Below are positions 27,209 through 36,118 of a DNA stretch of 60,827 nt, piece after piece. The stretch's first letter is position 1, and every line of letters starts with the position of its first letter. The position numbers and the translations under genes are program-made. The DNA lies in contig NYYT01000111.1 in NCBI GenBank assembly GCA_002686885.1, positions 19,133-79,959 of the forward strand, in the 5' to 3' direction. The notes under the pieces are model-generated. The model ran no database searches, was not told where the DNA came from, and worked only from the letters and a program-made list of their open reading frames with translations. This stretch comes from Pedosphaera sp. (GTDB lineage: Bacteria; Verrucomicrobiota; Verrucomicrobiia; Limisphaerales; AAA164-E04).

Positions 27209-27248
27209 CAAAGAAAAACCCCCGCCACCAGGTAATCGGTAGCGGGGG
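27209..27248 (-). terminator. Rho-independent terminator after the HTH gene
   Basis: The minus strand reads CCCCCGCTACC-GATTACCT-GGTGGCGGGGG followed by TTTTTCTTTG. This is an 11-bp GC-rich stem whose single non-Watson-Crick pair is G.U on the minus strand but C.A on the plus strand. Confidence 0.65.
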
Positions 27249-27273
27249 TCTCCCAATCAACACTCAAATACAT

Positions 27274-27960
27274 TCAATCTTCGCAATGACTTTGCTGCAG
27301 CTTGTCTGCGCAGTCTTTGAGACGCCGGCTGATATCCACCACATGTTCGTTCTCTGCCGCATCCTCGACGACAATGTTCAACTCGCGAATCAAATTGGCC
27401 ATTTCGAAGACCATTCCCAGGTGCACACTCAAGTTCTCGCACTGCTTTCCCCCCTTGCCACGCCCACGCTTGCGTCGAGGCAGATTTCCATAGCGCTCCT
27501 TCACAAACGTTTCCACATGCTTGGCGCGAACATCGCCCTTGCCATGCCCGGAAATAAAATCCCTCCACACTTGCTCAATATCCTGCTCAGGCACTTTCAT
27601 CAAAGCCCGGAGTTGCGATTCGTTCTTGGGCAAAGGAATCCCATCGACGCCCTTGAGCAGTTCATAGCGCTCACTGGCACTGATGAGCTGATAGGCTCGA
27701 ATGCGGCTGAAACCCCAACGATCCTGACAATAATCGGTAAAGGTAGCATAATGAACGCGATAGAGACGCGCACTTTGTATGCGCGCCAGGGCCCTTCCGA
27801 CAGGGTAAAAGTCTTTGGCTCCGCGGCTGATGACCCTTTCGCAGGATCGAAATTCTGCCTCCTCAGCCTGAGTCATCCCATAGACCATGACCTCGGCTTT
27901 GCGATAATGGGGGGGGTGAGATGGGGAGGCCAGTGGAGGCATGATGGCGATATCATTCAT
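27274..27960 (-). CDS. Putative HTH DNA-binding protein of phage/plasmid type
   Basis: 228-aa ORF. YATFTDYCQDRWGFSRIRAYQLISAS resembles the TF..YC..RWG.SR..AYQLI helix-turn-helix segment common in phage/plasmid ParB-like/DUF3102-like proteins. A basic tract (RRKRGRGKGGK) is followed by a helical acidic tail. Confidence 0.55.
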   Translation of the reverse strand: MNDIAIMPPLASPSHPPHYRKAEVMVYGMTQAEEAEFRSCERVISRGAKDFYPVGRALARIQSARLYRVHYATFTDYCQDRWGFSRIRAYQLISASERYELLKGVDGIPLPKNESQLRALMKVPEQDIEQVWRDFISGHGKGDVRAKHVETFVKERYGNLPRRKRGRGKGGKQCENLSVHLGMVFEMANLIRELNIVVEDAAENEHVVDISRRLKDCADKLQQSHCED

Positions 27961-28584
27961 GACGTGCGTGTCGTTCGGTTTATTTAGGATTTCGATTCGG
28001 TTGAAACCTCAAGAGCACCCGGGATGCCATCTCATGAGCCAAAAGACTCCATCATAGGTTGTTTTTATTTTAAACGTCTTGCTTTCAAAAGGTTAAAGGT
28101 TTTTCAAAAAAACGACTTTTCTCATTTTTTTTCAGAACTCGTGTCATATGGAAGGTGCATGCCGAACTTTGACAAGCCTGTTTCGCTGAACGGGAACCAC
28201 CAACGAACCCACTGAACCCAGCTTAGAATTCTCCCTATTGTTTCCTAACTAGATACTTAAGACTTTTCGCAAACGCTTAAGAAGGACTCCAACACACCCA
28301 CACGGACCCTCGATGGCTCTCTTTTTCGAATTTCGGTGTCCATTTTTTTAACAAACAAAAACACTTTTGAATAATTGAAAATAAACCTGAATAAAAGGAA
28401 TTAAACGGGATCCCTGTCCAAATAAAAAGTAAAGAGACAAGGCAAGGAAGGCTCAAAGACATCCTAAAGGATACCTTGGGGGATGGTTCAGCCACGAAGT
28501 CAAAGGGACCATCCAAGGCCAAAGGCCTTTTCAGGCATCCTTACGATACGATGGCAAGGTGGTTTTTGAGTCGCGAACGCTGTT
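27961..28584. other. 624-bp strongly AT-rich region without a convincing gene
   Basis: Largest non-coding gap in the window; the other gaps are under about 275 bp. I counted 34 G+C in 28321-28440 (about 28%), against about 50-53% in the coding stretches I counted. Confidence 0.8.
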
Positions 28585-29703
28585 TCAGCAACCTTGGGCG
28601 GATCCTTCCAGAACGCCGCTGAGTTTTTCCAAAAACCTTTGGTTTTGTGCGTGCGTGCCTACACTCACCCGAACCCATGACGGAAGCTGGTAGCCTTCCA
28701 TGGGGCGCACAATGATGCCTTGCCGCTGCAGCGCTTGAAAAACCTCCTTGCCCTGCCCCACCTTCACCAAGACAAAGTTGGCCGATGAAGGCACAAAGGA
28801 GAGTCCCATAGCAAGAAACCCTTCCTGAAGTTGAGTCAGTCCTTCGCGATTGACTTGGCGGCTTCGCTCCAAATGTTCCTGATCATCCAGAGCAGCCAGC
28901 GCCCCAGACTGAGCCATGCTGTTGGCATTGAAAGGTTGCCTTACCTTCTCCATGGCAGCGACCAACGACGTTGGGGCCATACCATAACCGAGGCGGCATC
29001 CAGCCAAGCCATAGATTTTTGAGAAGGTGCGCATCAGCAGCAGATTGGGTATGGCACCCGATCGCACGACTTCAACAAAATCAGCCGCATCTTCTAGGTA
29101 CTCAACATAGGCTTCATCCAAGACCACAAGGACGTGCGATGGTATCTGACTGACAAAAGTTCTGAGGGCTTCAGCATTCACCAAGGTACCGGTTGGGTTG
29201 TTCGGATTGGCTACAAAAACAGCCTTGGTAGAGGCATCCACTGCTTGCAGCATTCCCTCCAGGTCATGGCCAAAATCAGTCGCAGGAACGATCTTGCTCT
29301 GGGCCCCGAACATCGCCGCCACGATTGGGTAGATGGCAAAGCAATATTGGGAAACCACAATGTTGGAACGGTTGTCCAACAGCACATGCCCGATCCACTC
29401 AATCAATTCATTGGATCCATTGCTCAAAATGATTTGAGATGGTTCGAGTTGGTGCAAGGCCGCCAGTTTCTCCTTCAGGTAATAACCGTTGCCATCCGGA
29501 TACAGATGAGCACTTTCAGCTGCTTTTTTCATGGCCATCACTGCTTTGGGGGATGGCCCCAGGGGATTTTCATTGGATGCGAGTTTGGTGACTCGATCAA
29601 AAGGGATGCCCAGCTCACGAGCGACCTCCTCAAGCGGACGGCCAGGCTGATAAACGGGTAAGGAGGCAAGGTGCGCGTGCAGCGGTAATGCTTTGTGTTC
29701 CAT
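28585..29703 (-). CDS. hisC: Histidinol-phosphate aminotransferase
   Basis: 372-aa ORF. LASNENPLGPSP and PLP-lysine block RTFSKIYGLAGCRLGY. Confidence 0.9.
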   Translation of the reverse strand: MEHKALPLHAHLASLPVYQPGRPLEEVARELGIPFDRVTKLASNENPLGPSPKAVMAMKKAAESAHLYPDGNGYYLKEKLAALHQLEPSQIILSNGSNELIEWIGHVLLDNRSNIVVSQYCFAIYPIVAAMFGAQSKIVPATDFGHDLEGMLQAVDASTKAVFVANPNNPTGTLVNAEALRTFVSQIPSHVLVVLDEAYVEYLEDAADFVEVVRSGAIPNLLLMRTFSKIYGLAGCRLGYGMAPTSLVAAMEKVRQPFNANSMAQSGALAALDDQEHLERSRQVNREGLTQLQEGFLAMGLSFVPSSANFVLVKVGQGKEVFQALQRQGIIVRPMEGYQLPSWVRVSVGTHAQNQRFLEKLSGVLEGSAQGC

Positions 29704-29720
29704 CTTCAGATTCTTGAACT

Positions 29721-30824
29721 TTAACGTATGGTCTTGTCGACGATTTCCCCAACATTGACATGGGCTTTAACCAAATCGCGAATCAGGGCAATTTTGGCCG
29801 CGTCCCCGGGACGTGTTTTGACAATCAAATCATGAACGGTTGATGCCACCTGGTAACTGTTTTGTGAGGTCAAAAAGACGGGGTAGGACATGCCGCGTAT
29901 GATATCCATCACACGACTGGAGGGAGTGAGATCATCGGTCAGGATCATACCGGATAATTTGGTTGGTAAGCCTGCTTTTCCTGGTGCGGAAGCCGCTTCA
30001 ATCAAATCTTCCCGATCGGCAGGGACGATCATCAGGGAGCCTGGCTTGAAATATTTTCTGGCATTGGGTGCACTCATGGCAGCGACGACCACATTGTCGA
30101 TAATGTTGTGGATTTCCTTGGAGGCATTGAGTTGCGTCACCTCAAGCGCATCCTTTATCAATTCCATGGTGGGGCTGGAGAGCATGCGTTGATGAGGAAT
30201 GACTCCCAACAAATGAAGGCCACGTCGCTCAAGACCCTTGCGTGCAAACTCGGTGATGTATTCGATTTTTTGCTTCATCACCTTATTGAGAATCACACCG
30301 ATGATTTCCACCCCGTCACGCTCAAAAAGGGCTTGATTGAGCGCAATCTCGTCGATGGGCCGACCGATTCCCCCTTGTGTAACCAAAATAACCTTTGCAT
30401 TCAGCACCTTGGCTACCCGAGCATTGGACAAGTCGAACACCGACCCCACTCCGGCATGGCCCGTGCCCTCGCACACCACAAAGTCCTTTTCCCAGGCCAC
30501 TCGATCAAATGCCTGTTCCACTCTCATGACCAATTGATCATTGTTGGCTGAGTTGAGATATTTTTTGGTAAAGTCGGAGGCTACCGCAATGGGGCTCATT
30601 TCAGGCAATGGGCAGTTCAGTCCATAAACCTTGTCCATGAGGAAGGAATCTTCATCGATCTTATGTTGTTCCACATCGACAAACCTTTGCCCCACAGGTT
30701 TGATAAATCCGATTCTTGGATAGTATTTTTTGAGAGCAGACAGCAATCCCAAAGAAGTGGTTGTTTTGCCGTCGTTTTGCCTGGTAGCTGCAATGAACAA
30801 CCTTGGAGTAACGATATTCTTCAT
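29721..30824 (-). CDS. Stand-alone Pta N-terminal-type protein (BioD-like P-loop + DRTGG domains)
   Basis: ATG 30824 gives MKNIVTPRLFIAATRQNDGKTTTSLGL (BioD-like loop). A later PADREDLIEA segment is DRTGG-like. The ORF-track extension to 31073 overlaps the pta 3' end and was discarded. Confidence 0.75.
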   Translation of the reverse strand: MKNIVTPRLFIAATRQNDGKTTTSLGLLSALKKYYPRIGFIKPVGQRFVDVEQHKIDEDSFLMDKVYGLNCPLPEMSPIAVASDFTKKYLNSANNDQLVMRVEQAFDRVAWEKDFVVCEGTGHAGVGSVFDLSNARVAKVLNAKVILVTQGGIGRPIDEIALNQALFERDGVEIIGVILNKVMKQKIEYITEFARKGLERRGLHLLGVIPHQRMLSSPTMELIKDALEVTQLNASKEIHNIIDNVVVAAMSAPNARKYFKPGSLMIVPADREDLIEAASAPGKAGLPTKLSGMILTDDLTPSSRVMDIIRGMSYPVFLTSQNSYQVASTVHDLIVKTRPGDAAKIALIRDLVKAHVNVGEIVDKTIR

Positions 30825-30858
30825 CAAAGAACAGAATGGGTTGAAGGTGTCGCTAAGG

Positions 30859-31926
30859 TCATGATGGATCACCCGTATCGCCTGGTAGAACTTGTCCGGC
30901 TCCAGGAAAAAGAGCCTCATATTCGATGGATTGCAACCCCACAATTGCCGCCACTCCCAGCACGTCATGCGCGTTGGAACCCCGTGAAACATCCGCAGCA
31001 GGGCGATCAATGCCCAGGAGAATCTGACCATAGGCGTTGGCCCTGGCAATGTGTTTGAGCAACTTGCTGGCAATATTTCCGGCGTTCAGGTCGGGAAAAA
31101 TCAGTACATTGGCGCGCCCGGCAACATGCGACTTCAAGTCCTTGAGAGCTGCCACGTCAGGGACCAGGGCTGCATCCACTTGAATTTCGCCATCAAATTG
31201 TGCTTGTAGCCCGATCTCTCGGGAACGGGCCATGGCCAATTCAGTTGCTTTTTTGACTTTAATCACACTTTCGTGACGGGCACTTCCATGGGTGGAATAG
31301 GAGAGCATGGCAATGCGTGGTTCCACTCCAAGCAGGTGCTTGGCAAGATGCCCGGTGGAACAAGCTATTTCCGCCAACTGTTCGGCACTGGGATCAGGAA
31401 TAACTCCGCAATCGGCGAAAAAAAGGACCCCATTTTCCCCAAATCGAGTGTCATCCACTTCCAGGATCATGCAACTGGAAGCCGCTGTATGATGAGGAGC
31501 CATTTTAATGATGCGAAAAAGGGGCCGAAGCACATCTCCGGAGAATTCCGAGGTTCCTGAGACCAGTCCATCCGCCTGATGCATGGCCACCATCATCGAC
31601 CCGTAATAATTCGGATCCAGCAGAGCTCGCTTTGCCTCCTCGGGGGTGATTCCCTTGTCTTTCCTGAGCTGAAGATAACGTTCAACAAAGGAGTCCAGAT
31701 CCTCGCTACGCGCCGGATCGATCAGACGGATCCCATTGAGGGATAACCCCAAAGCCGAAGCAGCGTCCTTGATTCGGGTGCGATCTCCAAGAAGAATGGG
31801 TACACCAAGACGCAAGGCTTGGAATTGTCGAGCCGCCTGAAGAACACGAGGTTCCTGTCCCTCAGGAAAGACGATTCGCTTGGGATGGCGCTGTAGCTGC
31901 TCGATGATGGAACCGATGAACCGCAT
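30859..31926 (-). CDS. pta: Phosphate acetyltransferase (catalytic PTA_PTB domain only)
   Basis: 355-aa ORF. RIVFPEGQEPRVLQAA, ADGLVSG, FFADCGV and VLIFPDLNAGNI match the Pta catalytic domain. Confidence 0.88.
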   Translation of the reverse strand: MRFIGSIIEQLQRHPKRIVFPEGQEPRVLQAARQFQALRLGVPILLGDRTRIKDAASALGLSLNGIRLIDPARSEDLDSFVERYLQLRKDKGITPEEAKRALLDPNYYGSMMVAMHQADGLVSGTSEFSGDVLRPLFRIIKMAPHHTAASSCMILEVDDTRFGENGVLFFADCGVIPDPSAEQLAEIACSTGHLAKHLLGVEPRIAMLSYSTHGSARHESVIKVKKATELAMARSREIGLQAQFDGEIQVDAALVPDVAALKDLKSHVAGRANVLIFPDLNAGNIASKLLKHIARANAYGQILLGIDRPAADVSRGSNAHDVLGVAAIVGLQSIEYEALFPGAGQVLPGDTGDPS

Positions 31927-31995
31927 GCGTAAGTACTAGCCGACTTGAAAATTATTTCAACAGGCATCGAAGAGGAAAACCCATGATGCCTCCAA

Positions 31996-33168
31996 TCATG
32001 GACGCGCCGAATGAAGCAAGCGCCCATACAGCTGGTGGATCGACTCGACCATGGATTCGGTCGAAAAGCGCTCTTGAACCCATTGGCGTCCTTGTTGGCC
32101 AAGGTTCTTTTGGGTCTCAGGGTTGGCAGCCAGCTCCACCAATGCCTTGAGCAATGCTGAGGGATCTCCCGGTGGCACCAGATATCCCGTCTGACCAGGT
32201 AGGCATACCTCGGGAGCTCCATCCAGCGGATACGCAATAACCGGCTTCCCGGCAGCCATCGCTTGCGGAAGGGCTCTTGGGAGGCCTTCACGAAAGGACA
32301 AATGGACCAGGACATCCATGGCCCCCACGAGTGGAGCGACTTCCTCAGGACTCACCAGCCCTGTAAAGACCACCCGATGCCGCAGCCCCATGGTATGCAA
32401 CTGATGTTCGAACGCATCCCGAAGCGGTCCACCGCCCACCAAAAGCAATTTGGCTTGGGGGATTTTTTCAACTAGCTCCGGGAGGACCTCGAACAACTCC
32501 TTGTGACCTTTCAAATCAAAAAGTCGTGCCACCTTACCAATCACAAAATCGCCCTCCTCCAACCCCAACTTGTGACGTAACTCCTTGGAAAGATGGCTGT
32601 GGAGAAAAGGCTTCAAATCAAAGCCGCTAGGAATGGTGGAATAGCGTTCCGGGGTTCCTATGCCGGCGGCCAGGTATTGACTGCACATGGCCTGAGCCAC
32701 GCCGATAAAATGATCGGTGCAGGCTCCGGCGATTTTTTCGGCGGCCGTGAAACAGAGATTGGACAAGCTGCCCTGAAATTCTCCAAACGAGGGACCGTGA
32801 ATGGTGTGGATAATACAAGGCACCCCTGCCCGACGAGCTGCCAGCCTCCCGAGAATTCCCGCCTTACCGCTGTGTGTATGGACCACGTCGGGTCGATCTC
32901 GTTTGAAGCGGCGGTAGAGGGCCTCAAAAGCCAGGGCATCTTTGAAAGGTGAGACCTCCCTAACAAGGTTCGGCTCGATACTCAAGGCATTGGGAACCTC
33001 ATCAAAAAGAGGTTCCAAAGAGCCCTCAGGCAACGTGGGATCGGTCGGACCAGAAACCAGCTCAACCTGCTCCCACTGAGATTTGGCCCGAAGACCCAGA
33101 ACCGTTTGAATCGTGTTTTCCTGGGCTCCCCCGACAATCAGCCGGGTGATCAGATGGGTAATGCGCAT
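31996..33168 (-). CDS. Glycosyltransferase family 4
   Basis: ATG 33168 (MRITHLITRLIVGGAQ) lies 19 nt after the upstream stop. Contains VHTHSGKAG and the E-x7-E region FREGLPRALPQAMAAGKPVI. Confidence 0.8.
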   Translation of the reverse strand: MRITHLITRLIVGGAQENTIQTVLGLRAKSQWEQVELVSGPTDPTLPEGSLEPLFDEVPNALSIEPNLVREVSPFKDALAFEALYRRFKRDRPDVVHTHSGKAGILGRLAARRAGVPCIIHTIHGPSFGEFQGSLSNLCFTAAEKIAGACTDHFIGVAQAMCSQYLAAGIGTPERYSTIPSGFDLKPFLHSHLSKELRHKLGLEEGDFVIGKVARLFDLKGHKELFEVLPELVEKIPQAKLLLVGGGPLRDAFEHQLHTMGLRHRVVFTGLVSPEEVAPLVGAMDVLVHLSFREGLPRALPQAMAAGKPVIAYPLDGAPEVCLPGQTGYLVPPGDPSALLKALVELAANPETQKNLGQQGRQWVQERFSTESMVESIHQLYGRLLHSARP

Positions 33169-33187
33169 GGGCGCTGGCTTCCCGGTT

Positions 33188-36076
33188 TCAGGGCGACTTG
33201 AGTTTTTCCAATGCAGCGGAAACCTCCTGAAATTCATCGGTCTGGGGTGGAGCGCTCTTCAGGTAGGCCTCGTAATATCGAATGGCTGTCTCGCTGTCAT
33301 CCTGGTTTCGAGCAATCTCAGCAAGGCCGTAAAACACAGCATGATTGGGCTCCGAGCTGAGCGATTCCAAAAGTTGGTAATCAGCTCGAGCCTTATCATA
33401 GGACTGCTGTCGAAGATAACAAATGGCACGGTTCAGAAGAAAAATTCGGTTGTCCGGGCTGAGTTCAAGGGCTTGATTGAGTGAAGGCATGGCGTCCTCG
33501 AATCGATCCTGACGCATCAGTGCTACTGCCTTGGTCTGGAAAGCATTCAAAGAGCGACTATTGATCAATAACCATTGGTCACAAAGTTCAGCGGTTTCCT
33601 GGTAGCGCTCAGTGAAGAAATACACCTGCGCCAGAGTATCCAGAATGGTTTCTGATTTAGGGAAAGCCTTCCGTCCTTGCAATAAAACAGATTCTGCCAG
33701 TTGGTGCGATTGGGTGGCAGCATCCTCGTCTCCAGTGGCAAGAAAACGATTGCCTTGACCGAAGAGTGAGAGCCCCTCCAAGCGCACCATTTCCGCTTCC
33801 TGAGTCGGTTCAAGACTCAGGCCAGACGCCTTCATCTCCTGGAGAAACGACAAGGTATTGTCCGGGAATCCCAAATTGAGCAAGGCACTGGCCTTGGCAA
33901 GAGCGTATTTGGCATTTTGTGAATTCAAACCATGGGCAGCATCAAACCGATCCAGTGCCTGTCTGAAATTTCCGCCAGAAAACAACTGAGCGCCCAGATT
34001 GTAATGAAATCGAGGTGCATTGACTTCGCCAATGGCCTTGAGCATCAGATCCACGCTACGATAGGTCGCAATCCATTCCGTCCACTCCTTGTCGGTGATG
34101 ACCTCCTCCAAGGATTCCCCTTTGGCAATGAGGGACTGAATTTCGAGGTTCACCTTGGTCGATGCCAAATCTGGAGCATAGCGCTGTGCCTGCTTCAACA
34201 AACGGCCGGACGGCTCGGCATAGCCTAGGCGCTGCAGCCTCGCCGCTTGATTATTGAGTTCCACTGCCACCATTCCACCCAGGAGTTTGGAAGTTCTCTC
34301 CTCTTTTTCAACGCCGGTGGACAGGTAAGGAATCGCCTCATCGAATGCCTCCCAGAAATCCATAATCTTTTGGACAGCCGCCTCTTTCGGTTCAGGGGGC
34401 AAAGGCTGCGGATCATCGGATTGGTAGGCCCTGAGCTGGGATACCATGCCGTGACTCTCCGGATACAGGTATTCGAAATAAACCCCAAAGCTCGATTGAG
34501 CGTAGAATACCGGATAGCTTTGAATAAGTCCTGCAAGCACGTTCAAGATAGAGCCAAGGTCAATGGTGGCAGGTATCTTGTCTTCAGGAAGATCCTGAGC
34601 CCAAACTTCCGTCAGTCGGGAGCGAATCCAGTCTTGATAAAAGGGATTGGACAACACCGAAGTATCCACAAGACTTATCTCCTTTGTGTTGTGAGTTGAA
34701 CTCATACTCAGCCCCATCATCGTCAGCAACCCCCTGATACTGTCATCCACGAAAAGGATGGACTTGCCTGTCGGCAGATCCTCCACTTGCTTGGAAGCAA
34801 AAGTCTCCAGCATTGGGCCATTGCGTAATTTGATGGACGGATGGTTTTGACGGAACAAAGCCACCGGCACTCCCACTGCGGCTACCCATATCAGGCCTCT
34901 GAAGACGGGATTGAGGAAAGCACCGCCGCCTTGACGATGTTTACGCCTGGAAGCGGAACGCTCAGGCAAAGGTCCGAAAACCAGCATGACATAACCTGCA
35001 TAATAGCCGATTGCCAAGGCACTCAGATAATAGAATGAAAGAAAGGACAACCCAAGACCACGTTCCCTTGGGCTGAAAGGCGGATCAAACATCACCCACA
35101 GGCAGATTCCCAGAAAAACAAGATGAACGATCTTGAACATCAAATTTTGCAACATGGCCCCGGCAGCGCTGGTGTCGCCCAACGTGGAAGGCCAACGAAT
35201 GCTCATCGCAATCACGGGCAAAAGCGAAGTAAGGCTTAAGACAACGACCAGTGATTTGGGAATACCGGTCAGCATGTTTTTTTGATTACCCAGTTGCAGC
35301 ACAAGGTAGTCCATGATCCCCGAGGCCTGGGGGTAGGAAGAAACGATCCAGAACGGAATCAACAAATACAAGATCAAACCCGACGCCCCTAAAAGAAGCA
35401 TGCGTCCGAGAAAACCCAATGAAAGTTGACCAAGGCCGCGGACCCAAATCAGCGCGACGGCAAACAACGGGAAGTAACCAATCATCGCCCAGTTGTTTGT
35501 GATCGAAACGCCATAAACCAATGCAAAAGCATTCAGCCATTTTTCGGATCTTCCAATGCGGTATTCGAGGAGGGCTCGAACGGCAAAGGAAAACATAAGC
35601 AGATCAATCATTTCACCCGTCAAGGCAGTGGCGTGCTCCCAGAAGGTCAGTTGAAGCAAGCAAGTGAGGGCTGCAAACACAGGTGGTAGCCAAGCCGAAG
35701 GAAGGGTCAGCAGGGAGTAATCACTTGGCTCCCGCACTCGTTGATCGCGGGTCCGATCGTGAGGGAGGAGCGACACCGACCGAGCCAATTGATAGACCAC
35801 CAAAGCGGAAAGGAAAACGGTCAGCAAGTTCAGCGTGGAAGGCTGTAAATTTGCAGGGACCCACCACTGAATGGGCAAGGTCATCAAAAATTGAACGGGG
35901 GCGTTCACCTTGGGCGACCAATCCCACCCAGCCACCTTGCCCACCTCGACCAAACTGTCCAGAGTCACGGACTGGGACATGGTCGCCCATCCGACCAAAA
36001 AAGCCACACAGAACATAACCCATGGCAGCTTTTTTTGAACAAAGCCCAATGGTGATAGTGAATCGTGATCGCTCAT
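33188..36076 (-). CDS. Large polytopic membrane protein with C-terminal TPR repeats (function unknown, possibly GT-C-like)
   Basis: 962-aa ORF. The N-terminal ~400 aa are a run of hydrophobic helices. The C-terminal ~350 aa show repeated TPR-like A..Y..AL/..P.. patterns (e.g. AIRYYEAYLKSAP, ALELSPDN). Confidence 0.6.
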   Translation of the reverse strand: MSDHDSLSPLGFVQKKLPWVMFCVAFLVGWATMSQSVTLDSLVEVGKVAGWDWSPKVNAPVQFLMTLPIQWWVPANLQPSTLNLLTVFLSALVVYQLARSVSLLPHDRTRDQRVREPSDYSLLTLPSAWLPPVFAALTCLLQLTFWEHATALTGEMIDLLMFSFAVRALLEYRIGRSEKWLNAFALVYGVSITNNWAMIGYFPLFAVALIWVRGLGQLSLGFLGRMLLLGASGLILYLLIPFWIVSSYPQASGIMDYLVLQLGNQKNMLTGIPKSLVVVLSLTSLLPVIAMSIRWPSTLGDTSAAGAMLQNLMFKIVHLVFLGICLWVMFDPPFSPRERGLGLSFLSFYYLSALAIGYYAGYVMLVFGPLPERSASRRKHRQGGGAFLNPVFRGLIWVAAVGVPVALFRQNHPSIKLRNGPMLETFASKQVEDLPTGKSILFVDDSIRGLLTMMGLSMSSTHNTKEISLVDTSVLSNPFYQDWIRSRLTEVWAQDLPEDKIPATIDLGSILNVLAGLIQSYPVFYAQSSFGVYFEYLYPESHGMVSQLRAYQSDDPQPLPPEPKEAAVQKIMDFWEAFDEAIPYLSTGVEKEERTSKLLGGMVAVELNNQAARLQRLGYAEPSGRLLKQAQRYAPDLASTKVNLEIQSLIAKGESLEEVITDKEWTEWIATYRSVDLMLKAIGEVNAPRFHYNLGAQLFSGGNFRQALDRFDAAHGLNSQNAKYALAKASALLNLGFPDNTLSFLQEMKASGLSLEPTQEAEMVRLEGLSLFGQGNRFLATGDEDAATQSHQLAESVLLQGRKAFPKSETILDTLAQVYFFTERYQETAELCDQWLLINSRSLNAFQTKAVALMRQDRFEDAMPSLNQALELSPDNRIFLLNRAICYLRQQSYDKARADYQLLESLSSEPNHAVFYGLAEIARNQDDSETAIRYYEAYLKSAPPQTDEFQEVSAALEKLKSP

Positions 36077-36118
36077 GGTATGAGCAGAGCAAAAACCAAG
36101 AAAGGTTCTATGGCAAGG

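Noticed and set aside
27106-27987. 293-aa plus-strand ORF overlapping the HTH gene
   Set aside because: It lies antisense to 27274-27960, which carries the recognisable YC..RWG.SR..AYQLI HTH segment. It also runs through the minus-strand terminator hairpin and into the neighbouring gene start. Treated as a shadow ORF.
30825-31073. Overlap of the 29721-31073 ORF with the pta 3' end, considered as evidence of a frameshifted single pta gene
   Set aside because: The extension is in a different frame and translates to non-homologous sequence. A clean ATG (30824) begins the BioD-like domain 34 nt after the pta stop. Two genes is the simpler reading, although read-level confirmation would still be useful.
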